A stretch of 63,747 nt of DNA, filler included, from Octopus bimaculoides (GCF_001194135.2; 8 parts of 7 records of this genome joined end to end with filler, not necessarily neighbours in it), one strand, 5' to 3'. Positions 1 through 13,738 are shown, counted from the whole stretch's first letter. Numbers and translations are program-made. The notes: generated by a model from the sequence alone, not told the origin.

Positions 1-33
<33 letters not shown>

Positions 34-121
34 ACGATTTCCTTTTTTTATTCAAAGGATTTCAAACATTTTATCCATTAGGAAAAAAAAGCCAAAAACA
101 ATGTAACAGATTTGAACTTAC

Positions 122-365
122 CTGTTTGGGTGTCAACTGAAAATTTGTCCCAGCTGCCATTTTGAAGAAAGAATCCAAATTGATTGTTTTTTGCTGACTG
201 ATCTCTATCAACAGCATGAACCTGGCCTATAACCTTGCCAACTGATGTTTTGGGATCAACATGGAATTCGTATTCCCCGAGAAACTCTGGTGTATGATCA
301 TTTAAGTCTTGAACTATTATTTCCAAACTGCTAGTTGCCATTTGCATATTATTTTTAGCTGTAAT
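122..365 (-). CDS. Cadherin-repeat protein, internal exon (4th visible in transcript order)
   Basis: Acceptor ttcttctag at 367-366, donor G|gtaagt at 121-120; 244 nt, phase 0 in / phase 1 out; ITAKNNMQMATSSLEIIVQDLNDHTPEF...VHAVDRD...FSVDTQTG contains DxND, DxD and FxxDxxTG cadherin motifs. Confidence 0.92.
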
Positions 366-563
366 CTAGAAGAATGAATAGAATAAAAGGATTTATTTTT
401 CTAAGACCTCGAAGTTTGTCAGTAGAGTGATCTCATTAAAATATAGGATCTCAAAACTTTAGAATAGAGATGAAATGTTGAAGTTAGGACGAAGTGTTGT
501 TAACAACGAGGTGAACAGCTTAAACTTTATAACACAACGTATGTTATATCCGTGAGCACAATA

Positions 564-1454
564 CGAGGTGGTATCAAAAATTTCCCGGACTAGTTATGTT
601 TAATGAAAAATAACTTATTTACCTTAAGTTTTAACATCGTCTCTTTCGAAATAGTCACCGGTCCCAACGTTCCGGCCAGTTTTGGAATCCGGCCTGGAAG
701 TCGTTTTCCGTAAGCGAGTCGAGGACCTTCTGCAATTAGTTTTGGATCTCGACAGTGGTGTTAAAGCGGTGACCTTTGAACTGCTTTTTTTATCTTGGGA
801 AGAAAGGGAAGTCCGCAGGTGCTAAATCTGGCATATAGGGCGGATGCGGAAGCGATACCATGTTGTTATTGGCGAGAAACTCACGAATGAGGAGAACTCG
901 GCGACAGGGTGCATTTTCGTCGTGAAGAAACCAATTCTCCGCGCTCCACAGACCCAGTCCCTCAAATGCTTCAAAATGTCACAGTAGAACTCTCTATTGA
1001 CAGTCTGGCACTGGTGGGGAGGGGGGGGGCGAATTCTCGATGCACAATACCACATTTCCGGAGATGATGTTCGTGACAGATCATCCAGATAGCTCATCGT
1101 CTTCCAGGGAGGTTCTTCCACTTTTGAAGCGTCCGTGCCACTGGAGACATTGACTCGTTACCGTAAGTTTTCCGAAGCATACTCAACGTCTCCGTATCAG
1201 ACTTCCCAAGTTTAACACAAATTTCACGTTGTTTTTTTTTGTTTCAACTTCTTGTCCATGAAAAAAAAATCGGGGACTACGTATACACGTGATCACAAAA
1301 ACACAAATTTCACAACTTGCGAAGTAAGCACAGCAATGCCACTCGGTACACTGTCTCTTGAAGGTCACTGCTAGCTCTCATTGCGCACGCATCCATATGC
1401 TGTCATCTGTTTGCGCGCTACAGAACTAGTCCGGGAACGTTTTGATACCATCTG
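564..1454 (-). mobile_element. Internally deleted mariner (Tc1/mariner) DNA transposon
   Basis: About 30-bp TIRs (cgaggtggtatcaaaaatttcccggactag / ctagtccgggaacgttttgataccatctg), TA on the left; minus-strand remnants KLGKSDTETLSMLRKTYG (N-terminal HTH), QTVNREFYCDILKHLR and PHPPYMPDLAPADF (YSPDL-type motif), with stops and frameshifts. Confidence 0.85.
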
Positions 1455-2744
1455 CAACTATTTGGTTTTCCCCCATTATTACCATCAACCTGCAGGTTTA
1501 AATTTGCCTGACCGACACACAAAAGTTACCATTTCTATTTACTGTAGAGGAATTCATAATTAAAAGGGCACTCCAATCATCCATAACTTTGAGGAAGGAA
1601 AAAAATATATCGAAGCAACATTTTTAAAAAGAAAAACAGCAAAAATATAAACAAAAAAATACGAACAAATAAATAAATAGATGAATAAACAAAAAATAAA
1701 AATAAAGCTTAATTCGAATGCAGCCCCAAATAACAGAAAACATAGTTGGGAGCTACAGGGATTGTGAATTGCATAATCTATCGAGGTCACCACTGAAGAA
1801 TTTAACTTCATGTTGTGCGCCGAGAGTAAGACACCTTGGAGAACTCTTTTTCTTTGAATGCTATACTGACAGTTGAAACTGAAATCAACATTGTGTACTA
1901 GCAATGAACCCAATATTCTTACAGTCCTTTGTCTAGCCTATGTGGGCTCGAGTTACATGTAATATCTCCCTGTCTCTTTCATATCGTCTGTTCACTTATT
2001 ACAAGATTTACTACTAGTAATCATGCAAACTACTTGTCGGTGAGTCAGGCGTCAGAACACAATATAAAAACAATCCTATCCCCTCCCCTTTCCGCAAAAA
2101 AGAACAAAACACAATGCTTGTGTGCAAGAGTAGATGAAACGAACAATGAGTCAACGAACAAATGGGGTTGGGATTCACTAAGGCATTTGAGTCTAGCATT
2201 ACTGGCTTACATGGAAACCCCTGCAGATAGTTTTCTCTCTCAAACTGGCCGTGCCTTTTCTGTGACCCAGGGAGATCTAGACCGGAGAAGCTTCTTAGTA
2301 AGTGCGAGGACCACTGCAAATGGCTTAACTCAGTCTCAGGTAATGCATTGGCAGAAACATCAGCATGTGTTATTCCATTCCAGAATATAAAAGAACAGAT
2401 AGACTTCTCCAGGTTGGTATAATACAAGACTAATTATTTTCCTGTTGCCTTCTCCAGGCTGGTATGACACAAAAGATTGACAGATGTGGGAAGTGTGTGG
2501 AAAGAGAAAAAGCTCCACATTTCTTCTACTTTTCAGTAACATAAATCTAGCACAAGAATAGATACAACTATAAATGGAAATGAAATTGCATATTTATCTA
2601 TGAAGATATCTATATTACAAGACCCACCATAAGCATTAAACCTTAAAAGTCAACCAGGTTTTAGGGAACGTTTAGGATTTTATACAAGGTCAACGATTAG
2701 CTTAACTAGAAAAAAATTGAAATTAATGTTAAAAAGGAACTTAC

Positions 2745-2918
2745 GTTTAGTAAGTAGCTACTACGGTATTCACAATCAAGATGATGTCCAGGTTTAACAG
2801 AGACATCACCTGTTTTAGAATCGATCACAAAGCCCTCGCTTTCACTTTCATCTAGGCTATATGTTACTATTTGGTTTTCTTCCATTATATCAGCATCTGA
2901 TGTAGTAAGTTCCGGTTG
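2745..2918 (-). CDS. Cadherin-repeat protein, internal exon (3rd visible)
   Basis: Acceptor ttttacttgcag, donor AAC|gtaagt; 174 nt, phase 0/0; QPELTTSDADIMEENQIVTYSL...FVIDSKTGDV...LDCEYRSSYLLN (DxD, FxIDxxTG, LDxE). Confidence 0.92.
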
Positions 2919-3451
2919 CTGCAAGTAAAAAACAACAACAACAACGAGAAAAGTATTAATGTGGACGCAATCATTTCAGACCGACGTATTGTATTGTTCT
3001 GAAAGCAAAACAGAATGAAGGTAGCTCTCGGCAAGCAGTATCTTACGCTTCATTTACATCATGTATGTGCGATTATTTTCTTTGTTAGAAATGTTAAGTG
3101 GGTTGGGCTCCGGAAGGCAAAATTGTTTTCGACAGAATACGTAAACATGCAGTCAGCAGTGGTTACTAAATGACGTATTAATGGCTGTAGGATGTTTACA
3201 CTTAATATTGCATTGTGAAGACGAATGTCTATTGTGTCTTTTAAACTGTGTCCTTTGATATATCTGTATTTTATTGCATTGGAAAATGAAAGAATGTAAT
3301 TCCCTGATTCACTCCAGGCGATCAAATTCCTCTTCTAATGAAATATAACGTGTGCCTAGTTAAGCGATTTATTTTTATTGCTCCAGAATGTTTATTGTTC
3401 ATTTAAATTGTATGAAACTATATATGCGTAAAAACATTAAAGGGTATACAT

Positions 3452-3503
<52 letters not shown>

Positions 3504-4045
3504 TCTTCTATATGTGTATATGAATATATACATTCATATACATATTCTACTTTCTATGCTCTACGTTATATATTTTAATAATTACTGGTATTTTTATATT
3601 TTTGTGTATTATATATGTAAAGCATAATATGTTATACATGTATGTATATTGTTATAATGGTTAAAAAAATAGACATAATATAATGTCTAAAAGTTGATGA
3701 CTACCACCTCTTGATCCCCTCCATTTTCTTATTGCTACATTCATATATATGTATATTTATATATATATATAAGAATATAAATATATATATATATATATAT
3801 NNNNNNNNNNNNNNNNNNNNNNNNNNNNNNNNNNNNNNNNNNNNNNNNNNNNNNNNNNNNNNNNNNNNNNNNNNNNNNNNNNNNNNNNNNNNNNNNNNNN
3901 NNNNNNNNNNNNNNNNNNNNNNNNNNNNNNNNNNNNNNNNNNNNNNNNNNNNNNNNNNNNNNNNNNNNNNNNNNNNNNNNNNNNNNNNNNNNNNNNNNNN
4001 NNNNNNNNNNNNNNNNNNNNNNNNNNNNNNNNNNNNNNNNNNNNN

Positions 4046-4076
<31 letters not shown>

Positions 4077-5413
4077 TGTATGTATCTGTGTATGTAGGTA
4101 TGCATGTATACGAATGCATTAGTAGCATGTGTATGTTTGGAAGTAACAGCGGAGAGAATAAGTATCTTGAGCAAAGTTCGAAAGTTTGAATTTGGTTCCT
4201 GATCATAGCATATCAGTATGTATTGCTAATTTGCTAATGAATTAAGACATCATTTGATTTTAAAATTTAATGTTTATCGTGGGGCCCGTAATATACATAT
4301 TTTCATAAGCAAATCTCGGTCTCTGTTCGGTTGTTTAAGTTTAATAAATGCAAATTAGGCGAATTGTTATCGTCGAGTACATATGATAGGCTGATAGACA
4401 TCGACGGAACTATCACTTGTCAAACTACATCTGGAACTTTCTGTACAAGGCGATTCCTTGGACATGAATTTTTTTATGTCGTTTCCAATGTGTATTTGAT
4501 GGGAGCCGAAAAAGTCAAGGTCCTCGATATGAGAGGGGGAGGAATGCATTGGGAATCTACAGGTGCAACGCGGCTATCTTCATACCTCAAGTGACTGTGC
4601 TTAGCTTAGGCCTACACAGATCAGTTATCACAAAATCTACGCTTCTTGCAAACAACTTGTTCGTATAGACTTTACTCAGACTAGAAAATGATATCCACAT
4701 TGATGTTTCGATCAGGCTGGCTAGCTGACGGTCTGTCGTTTCTGTGATATTGCTGTATACGCTCTGAATTCCATTTATGAGCTAGTAGATCCGGGGTTAA
4801 TTCTTTTAAAGTGCAAATGTGTTCATTCGTTTCAAAGTTGAATAAAATATTTCTTCAACAAAATTAAAAGAAAATGTTGAAGCTATATGTTTTGTTTGGT
4901 GGATAATCGATTGAAAAATTATTGCATTTAAATTTATTTCAATGAATGTTAATGTTATTTAGCAAAGAAATTCTGCAGACACCAACAAAACATTGAAAAC
5001 ATTTAGCGTTATATTTTATTGCTATGTTACATTGTTCCAAATACACAGTAAAAAATACATTTTATTCAAATAATTTATCTATTTTTTTTATTTGAATCTA
5101 GTTTATAATCTTAATTATTTTATCTATAAATGAAAGGAAGGAGGAAAACTCGGTTCTTGTTTTCTTGTTAGGTAGAATACAACCTCAGAATTTAGAAATA
5201 CAGAACTAAAAACAGTAACGCAGTTAAACAAGTACACCATCATCTTTCAATTAAACTTTTTTTTTATTATTTCAATTTATGTGTGCATTCTTAACACGTT
5301 CTGGCAGATTCGAACGTGATTATGCTGATCACTGTTGCGTTTTCATGTCATCGGAAAACATTCCCCTTTAGACAATGTGTGCTCATAGCACACGCAATTC
5401 ATTGATGTGTGGA

Positions 5414-5468
5414 AACTTTGAAACACTGCACTGTTTCGACCTTATTGTATGTCTCTTCAGTAAAAGCT
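5414..5468 (-). ncRNA. Type-I hammerhead ribozyme-like motif (probably Penelope-element derived)
   Basis: Minus strand: agctttta-CUGAAGA-GAC(atacaataag)GUC-GAAA-CA(gtgcag)UG-U-U-ucaaaguu; intact core, 3-bp stems II and III, stem I 7 of 8 paired (one G-U). Confidence 0.45.
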
Positions 5469-6082
5469 ACTCAGGATCAATGAATCTAACAAGAATACTG
5501 ACTGTTGTTTATAGAAATCTGCAAATTCATTCTTAATGCGTTTTGGCGGATTCGAACATGGATATACTGATGACTGTTGTATTTCGTCATAGGAAAGCAT
5601 CTACCTTTAGATGATGTGCGTTCATGATAGTCGCAATTCATTGCTGTTATGGAATTTTGTATTACTTTATGTTCCTTTTGCTTCCCGTTGGCAAATATTG
5701 GATAAAAATGCAATTCAACATATTTCTACATGTTTTGTACACTGAGATAACAGATTGGATGCAGATACAAAGACAAAAGAGTAAGAAACCAGTAATAACT
5801 TGAGATGTCAATGTATGAATGATTATGCTGCAGCAACTGATACATGTTTAACAATCTAACAAGGTATATTCTACAACTCCCTTCACAAAGTTTTGTTCTT
5901 ACTGAGTGTTTATGTTTGAGGGTGTGTTTACTACATTATGCAGTTGTTTCTCTATTAAATATTCATAGTGCTTTGAAAATTATAATTTCATTTCATTATT
6001 TATTCACTCATCTTGAAATTTTATGTGTGATAATTTTTAGTTATATCTAGTATTTCTAAATAAGTATATTACATTTTAATAT

Positions 6083-6250
6083 GAGCTGGCAGAATAGTTT
6101 GTACTCTGGGTGAAATACTCAACGGCATTTGGCTGTCTTTACGTTCTAAGTCGACTTTGCCTTTCAACCTTTCAGGGTCAGTACCAGTTGAGCACTGGTA
6201 ATCGATTTATCCCTGCCCCGAAATTGCTGGCTTTGTGCCAAAATTTTTTT
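6083..6250 (+). mobile_element. SINE family B (window-defined), degraded copy
   Basis: gagctggcagaat...gtcgactttgcctttca...ttgagcactgg...aaattgctggctttgtgccaaaattt shared with copies at 33.6-35.6 kb, 57.7 kb and 60.2 kb. Confidence 0.7.
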
Positions 6251-7487
6251 TAAAAGGATATCAATATAAGTGGGAATTTCAAAACAAGTATTGCAGTCCT
6301 GACTTCAGTCAGAAATTCTCTGCGAATTGCACGAACACTACTTTCTATCTTTCAAAACTTTTTCTAGCTTCACAAACAACCTGCAATCTCAGAATGAAAT
6401 AGCAGTCATATTTCAGATACCTAACTTCGATCAATTTATTTGGTTTTACTATTTTGTGTAACCACATTCAGATTTATCATGGATTAAGATAAGTATAAAT
6501 ACAAGGTTTCCGTTGGAGCCTTTATTAAGTGACCATCAATGTCTGATATTTTGATTCCAGATTGATCCAATTCATGCAATAATAACTTATTTTATATTCA
6601 ATATACGCAAACGTAGAAAATACAAGAAATTCCTTTTTACATTTCCATTATTTGGTTGAATCAAATGACTGAATTACTTTTGCAAGGAGAACCTCCTAAT
6701 ATAATAATGAGCGTAGTGTTTCAAAAGTAATCTCCTGCTATTATCAGATACATGGCTGCTGTTTTGTTGAGAAAGAATGAGGAGATCTAAAGTGGACTAC
6801 GAAACTGACATAATATCAATACAGAATTCAGCCTACACATTTAAAATTGCAATAAATAGAAAGTGTGATGGAGCTAAAGAGCCAAGACGGGAGGTTTCGT
6901 GTAGTTTTTCAATTTTCTAACATAGCAATCAATCCTCCCTTGACATATATATATACATATATATATATTTATATGTCCAGAATCACGCTGGAAGAAAGGG
7001 ATGAAAAAAAAAAATCAACGTTTCAACTCTGTGTGAGTATATGTGTGTATGTATGCGCGTGTACAAGGGAAGTGCGTGAATGTTTTTATGTGTGATTATC
7101 ATGTACCTTATTTTGTACCTTATTTATACATAAAATGCTACAATTAGCCGTCATTATAGACTGCACGTAATCATCTAGTAACTTAATGAGTAATAAACTC
7201 AAACGAAGGCAATTTCACTACTAGGTTTCGATTTTGAGTCATTACATCTCAAGGCTAATTACTCATTTGAAACAAAATGTAAATGACCCAAAACAATAAT
7301 ATAAAGTTAAAATTTATTATTTAAAAAAGTTTCATGGTTCATCTGTGTATCATATTTAACGCAAATACATCGTTAAAATGCAATTTACTTCAGTATTCGA
7401 ACAGAAATAACATCTTTTATGGATGCACTGTGTTTGAAAACGCAACGTATACCACAAGGAGACGAAAATCACCCCAACAGCGGCTAT

Positions 7488-7529
<42 letters not shown>

Positions 7530-7539
7530 NNNNNNNNNN

Positions 7540-7578
<39 letters not shown>

Positions 7579-8219
7579 CTATCCATCTAACTGAAGAAAA
7601 TCCATTATAGAACAGACCTTGCATCCATACATCAACAAAGAAAAGATAATGCATTGGGCCATGACGTAGACGCGTTTTGGTTGGTTCGTGGATGTGAGGC
7701 TAGCTAGTGACGTGTGTTCTATTCAGCATTTATTTTCAGTTATGACAAAATTTCTTTCAAACCACTTCTTATCAATTTAAAGAAAGGACATATGGTATAT
7801 TGCAATTTTGGATACATTGTCTCAAAATAAGTTGAGGTTGTTATGTTTGGAATGCCTTTGTCATAAGTCTGACGAAAAATGAACTGGAATTAAATGACTC
7901 AAATTTTGGCTTAAAGCAAAAAAGTTTGAGAAGAGAATGAAGTCAACTGCATCGACTCTAGTGCTCAACTAATACTTATTTTATGGTTATCGAAAGGGTA
8001 AAAAGCAAACTCTACTACAGTGGCATTTGAATTCAGAACGTAAAAAGTCGAAAGAAATATGGTTGAGCATTTTACTCGGTAACGATTCTGCTTGCTCATC
8101 TAACTAGGCTTAAATAACAACTCAGATTACGAAAGCCGACACATAATACGCTTATAAACATAGAGGTATTCTCAGAGAAGAATATGAAATTTTAAAACAT
8201 TTTATGAGCTTTTACTTAC

Positions 8220-8458
8220 AATTGGTAAAACGCCTTCAAATCCTTCAAGAATATAAGATTTATATCCAAATGGAGAGTTGAATTGTGGGGGATTATCATT
8301 GATATCTTTAACAATAACATGAACTGAAGTTGTAACTGTGTATTCAGGAATTCCGCGGTCTATTACGCTTACTAAAAACTTGTATTCATTGACCGTTTCG
8401 GCATCAAGTATCTGCTGCGTTTTCAAATGGCCTTTCATCTTGTCAATAACAAAAGGTC
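8220..8458 (-). CDS. Cadherin-repeat protein, internal exon (2nd visible)
   Basis: Acceptor ttttgttttgaag, donor ATT|gtaagt; 239 nt, phase 1 in / 0 out; (G)PFVIDKMKGHLKTQQILDAE...VIDRG...VKDINDNPPQF has canonical LDxE, DxG and DxNDN motifs. Confidence 0.93.
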
Positions 8459-9396
8459 CTTCAAAACAAAATATAGAGATATGGAAGTTTCTTAAATAAG
8501 TCTAAAATACTTTTGGAATATAAAAAACAAAACAAAACCCCCCCCAAAAAACCAACAACAAAAAAAAAGAAAAAAACCCAAAAAGCAAAAAACAAAGTGA
8601 AGCAAAAAAAAAAAAAAACAACCGAAAAACAGACCAAATGAAAAACAAAAGAGAAATACCAAACAGAAATATTAAAATGTTTATTAATAGTTAGGAGCAC
8701 ACAACGGACTTCTACATATTTTGGTTATAGAAAGTTTCTCTTTTTACACACAACCCCCTCCCAAACCAGACTATATGAAATGTCTCTTATAAATGTATAG
8801 ATTTAGCTATTGAAGGAGAACAGACAAATAACAACTGATTTGTCTTGGACTTTTAATTTCCGAGTCGTAGGAGGTGATGTCATAACATGAGGCGTGTCTT
8901 GGGAATTTTAAACTATACGAAGCCGAATTCTTCTTCAGGTTTGATCACAGCTGATTTCCACCAGAGAGAAAAGAGAGAGAGAAAGATATATATATATATA
9001 TATATATATATTTTTTTTATATATGACGTTGACCACTAACGTGGACATTCAATGTGCTAGAAATAGATCACATCCTGTGTCTAATAAGACCTAAATTGTT
9101 CTCAACATGAAATATAGCGTGATACCAAAACGTAAGCGGGCAAGACATTTAAAATCACCGAAAAAAAATATTATTAAACAGGGACCGGTTTCAAAATTTA
9201 ACAATCTTACCGACTGTCTATTTCTCTTCAGCCTGATTTGTAATGCAACCATAATCATCAGAACCCCATACAAAGTTGCCCACCGCCATAGCTGCGCGTG
9301 TATATGGTTCTGCTAATTACAGCTTAATGGTAAAATTCAAAAGTCTTCGTTTTGGCGCGCTAATTCCAGGAATATGTCNNNNNNNNNNTATATTTT

Positions 9397-10394
9397 TTTT
9401 ATATATGACGTTGACCACTAACGTGGACATTCAATGTGCTAGAAATAGATCACATCCTGTGTCTAATAAGACCTAAATTGTTCTCAACATGAAATATAGC
9501 GTGATACCAAAACGTAAGCGGGCAAGACATTTAAAATCACCGAAAAAAAATATTATTAAACAGGGACCGGTTTCAAAATTTAACAATCTTACCGACTGTC
9601 TATTTCTCTTCAGCCTGATTTGTAATGCAACCATAATCATCAGAACCCCATACAAAGTTGCCCACCGCCATAGCTGCGCGTGTATATGGTTCTGCTAATT
9701 ACAGCTTAATGGTAAAATTCAAAAGTCTTCGTTTTGGCGCGCTAATTCCAGGAATATGTCTGCAGAAAATATTTACTGCGTCGCATATATCCAGTATGAG
9801 AACTCGGACAGGGTTAATGCATTATTAAAAAATAGGGTAAAAATCATATATTAATTAATATCGATTAATTACCAGGAAGCTAGCACATTTAAAGAATCAA
9901 AGGGATTCAGAGACTGTATCTACAATCTCAGGGGATTAAAGTACATTTTTATATATGACGTTGACCACTAACGTGGACATTCAATGTGTTAGAAATAGAT
10001 CACATCTTGTGTCTAATAAGACCTAAATTGTTCTCAATATGAAATATAGCGTGATACCAAAACGTACCCTATTTTTTAATAATATATTAACCCTTACCGA
10101 GTTCTCATACTGGATATATGCGACGCAGTAAATTATTATTAAGCTGTAATTAGCAGAACCATATGCACGCGCACCCATGGCGGTTGGCAACTCTGTATAC
10201 GATTCTGATGATTGCGGTTACATTACAAATCAGGCTGAAGAGGAATAGACAAATGGTAAGAATTTGTTAAATCCGAAACCGGTTCCTGTTTAGGTGATTT
10301 TAAATGTCTTGCCCGCTCACGTTTTGGTATGCTGCTACATTTCATGTTGAGAACAATTTAGGTCTTAATAGACACAAGATGTGATCTATTTCTA
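9397..10394. repeat. Long imperfect inverted repeat (foldback-like element)
   Basis: 9440-9839 is reverse-complemented, with substitutions and indels, at 10065-10394; a third partial direct copy of the unit start lies at about 9946-10066. Confidence 0.8.
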
Positions 10395-10590
10395 NNNNNN
10401 NNNNNNNNNNNNNNNNNNNNNNNNNNNNNNNNNNNNNNNNNNNNNNNNNNNNNNNNNNNNNNNNNNNNNNNNNNNNNNNNNNNNNNNNNNNNNNNNNNNN
10501 NNNNNNNNNNNNNNNNNNNNNNNNNNNNNNNNNNNNNNNNNNNNNNNNNNNNNNNNNNNNNNNNNNNNNNNNNNNNNNNNNNNNNNNNNN

Positions 10591-10652
<62 letters not shown>

Positions 10653-12059
10653 TCGACTTTTGTACTAGACTGGTATTTATCGATCCCGAAAGGATGAAAG
10701 GTAAAGTTGGCCTCAAGGGGTATTAAATGCAGAGCACAGAGAACCGTAATTAATCTCGTAAGCTATTCTATCAAATAATCTAAGAATTCTGCTCTGCAAA
10801 CACGTTGTCTAAGATGTTTTAGATGCGGAATGTAAATTAATGAGCAAGAGTATGCGAAAGTGAGTTAAGAAAGTTGATTTATTTGTCCACAATATGTTTT
10901 GATGCTAGTAATTTTATTGACCTTTGAGAGCAACATGATCTTGACAGAGTTTAAATCCTAAGCTATGACAAAAAGAAAAAAAAAAGCATGGGTTGTCCCT
11001 CCCAATTGAAGAAGAGGAGGAAAATGCATAGCAATATCTTTTATTACGTTTATGCATTTGTTTTGCAAGATCCTTGCTGTGAAATCGTGTGTTGACACAA
11101 ATGTTGCTATACTTGGGGATGGTCATAGTTTGCCAATTAAATACACGCAGCTCATTAGTGCTCTACCAACATACTCAATTAGAACACAGAGGTTAGGTTA
11201 ATGACATAGATGATAAGATATTCTCAACACGTAGAACAGACACGACACTTAGACAGATCACGGAGGCCACACACATAATAATAGACAGAACAAGCCTCAA
11301 CAAAAAACATGAATGGAATAGTAACAACCCTTCACTTCACCACACTACGCAACCTGATGACTAAAGACAGAATGAGAGAAGAAGAAAAAAGAGACACATA
11401 TATAAACAGCGTAATACATAAACCAACATACACACAAAACACACATACACACACTAAAAATGGAATGAGAAAGTAGAAACAAAAAAGAGGATAAAAAAGA
11501 AACAAAATAAATAAATAAACGCAAAAATAAAATAACTAAATAAAAGACACGAGTACAAACAGCGTATTAAGCACACTCATATACACGCAGACAAAACGCA
11601 CGCGCACACACACGCGTACATATTCACAGATAAAGACGCAAACGCATACACAGATAAAGATACACACTACAGAAAGGAAAATGCACTTTGCAAGACAAGA
11701 GGAGACATGATGGAGAGTCGTTGAAGAGGTCACAGGATGTGCGACGAAAGAGCTTAGACAGAGAAACAAAGATAATAATAACACGAATAGAATAATAACA
11801 AATCTGAAGTGTGTGTGTTTTTTTTATCTTTTGCTTGTTTCTGTCATTGAACTCTGGCCATGCTGGGGGAACCAGCTTGAAACAGTTTATTCTATCAGTT
11901 AATTTTGCTGAACAACTAAGTTTCGGAGACATAAGCAAACCAACACTGGTCAGCAAACGGTGGCGGGTAATAAGCACAGACACACGAAGATAAACACACA
12001 GACACACACAACACACGAGGCGAACTTCTTCCAGTTTCCGTTTACCAATAACTCAAAAG

Positions 12060-12180
12060 ACTTTAGTCGGCTCGGAGCTATAGTAGAAGAAACTTAGCCA
12101 AGGTGTCGCGCAGTGAGACTGAACTCAGAACCATGTGATTGGGAAGCAAGTTTTTAAGCGCATAACAACGTCCGCGCCTA
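12060..12180 (-). mobile_element. SINE family A (tRNA-head), 5' part
   Basis: Reverse complement of the family A head (cttgcttcccaa...ggttctgagttcagtctcactgcg...ttctactatagc). Confidence 0.7.
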
Positions 12181-12345
12181 TATCTGGAGTGTAACTAAAA
12201 ATTACGGTCTATACGTTTATTCTATTACCAATGAAGACCACACAATATGAACCTAATTGAAATTCTGTTATATATATGTATGTATATATATATATATATA
12301 TATATNNNNNNNNNNNNNNNNNNNNNNNNNATATATATCTACACG

Positions 12346-12439
12346 CAGGCGTAGCTGCGTGTATTCCATGGTTCTGTTCCCACTGCGTGACACCTTTTGA
12401 GTGGATTTGGTTGACGGAAACTGAAAGAAGCCCGTCGTA

Positions 12440-12515
<76 letters not shown>

Positions 12516-12724
12516 GGTGTGTGTGTCTTTGTGTCTGTCTTTTACCCCCACCGCTTGTAAATCGGTGTTAGTGTGTTTACGTACTCGTCACCAAGTGGTT
12601 CGTCAAAAGTGATCGACAGAATAAGTACCAGGCTTAAGAAATGTACTTGGGTTGATTCAGTCGACTAAAATTCTACAAGGCGGTGCAGCAGTCTAATTAC
12701 TGAAATAAGTAAAAGATAAAAGAT
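12346..12724 (+). mobile_element. SINE family A with internal (CTAT)n microsatellite
   Basis: tRNA-like head, gagtggatttggttgacggaaactgaaagaagcccgtcg core, (ctat)n, agaataagtaccaggc, AAAGAT-type tail. Confidence 0.8.
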
Positions 12725-12744
12725 ATATATATATATATTTCTAC

Positions 12745-12832
<88 letters not shown>

Positions 12833-13359
12833 ATACACACACACATATACACACACATGCTTGATAGCATGACTCAGCATATGTACAACCATTTCACTGG
12901 AATTAATGGCACATAATAGTATGTGATTAGTTATTCAGTACCCTTTCCGTCTGTTCTCAATTACAGTCTAAGTTTCATTTCTGTTGGGAATACTAAATTC
13001 TATACAGACATATTAGTTGTTGGTAACTTTCTGAAATATTGATCTTTCAGTACAAAATATATAAGAGATAAGAAAGTTTATTGCAGAAATTTAATCGAAA
13101 ATACTTCTGGAATATCAACAAAAGCACACGGTGGTGATAACAAGTTGAAATGTTTTATAAAAGCTGTTGTTTATAAGCGGTTAGGTCGCCACAAAAAAGA
13201 AAAAAAAAACAAACTAGTCTTTAATATAGGAAATAAAAAGCATTTTTTGAAATAAGAAAATTATTTTATTTTTTAAAATAAGGAAAACAACAACAATAAC
13301 AACAACAGTATGAAGATAAAAAAATGCAAAAAAAAAAAAGCCTGAAAAAAAAATCAACA

Positions 13360-13520
13360 GGTATGGATTTGTGGTTAAGAAGTTCACTTTGAAGCCACTT
13401 GGTTTCGGGTTCAGTCGCAATGTGTAGCACATCTAGCAAGTATCTTCTGCTATAGCTCCAGCCGGATCAATACCTTACTATTGAAATTGGTAGACAGAAA
13501 CTGTGTAGAACCCCGTTGTA
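13360..13520 (+). mobile_element. SINE family A, 5' half
   Basis: gtggttaagaagtt...ggtttcgggttcagtc...gcaagtatcttctgctatagc...ggtagacagaaactg. Confidence 0.65.
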
Positions 13521-13522
13521 TA

Positions 13523-13738
13523 CGAAGGGGTGCTGAAAAATACCTGGCTTTGAAGGTATCGCGAAAGGCCTGGTTGGAGGTCCAACCTTCTGAGTTCCTT
13601 TTACAGGAGTTAGAAAAACTGAAGGGCCGCCACAATAAGTGTGTGAACCTGAGAGGGGAATCTGAGGTTGGATAAAATCATAATTCACTGATCGTTTTGT
13701 ATTTTATCCAAAGCCAGGAACTTTTCAGCATCTACTCG
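13523..13738 (+). mobile_element. Mariner-derived MITE (about 216 bp)
   Basis: TIRs cgaaggggtgctgaaaaatacctggcttt / aaagccaggaacttttcagcatctactcg after TA; retains a transposase C-terminal remnant LEKLKGRHNKCVNLRGE resembling the mariner xxKLxxRWxKCVxxxGxY tail. Confidence 0.75.

Noticed and set aside
2165-2230. LGFTKAFES resembling the LINE RT LDFxKAFD motif
   Set aside because: A single short motif with no further RT motifs downstream.
4331-4594. YVLDDNNSPN on the minus strand resembling a cadherin DxNDNSP linker
   Set aside because: The frame has upstream stops and no good splice sites, and the flanking real exons already join in frame without it.
9011-9760. Exact 382-bp-offset tandem duplication (gives duplicate 60- and 69-aa ORFs)
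   Set aside because: The two copies look identical and are separated only by a 10-N gap, the typical signature of an unmerged contig overlap.
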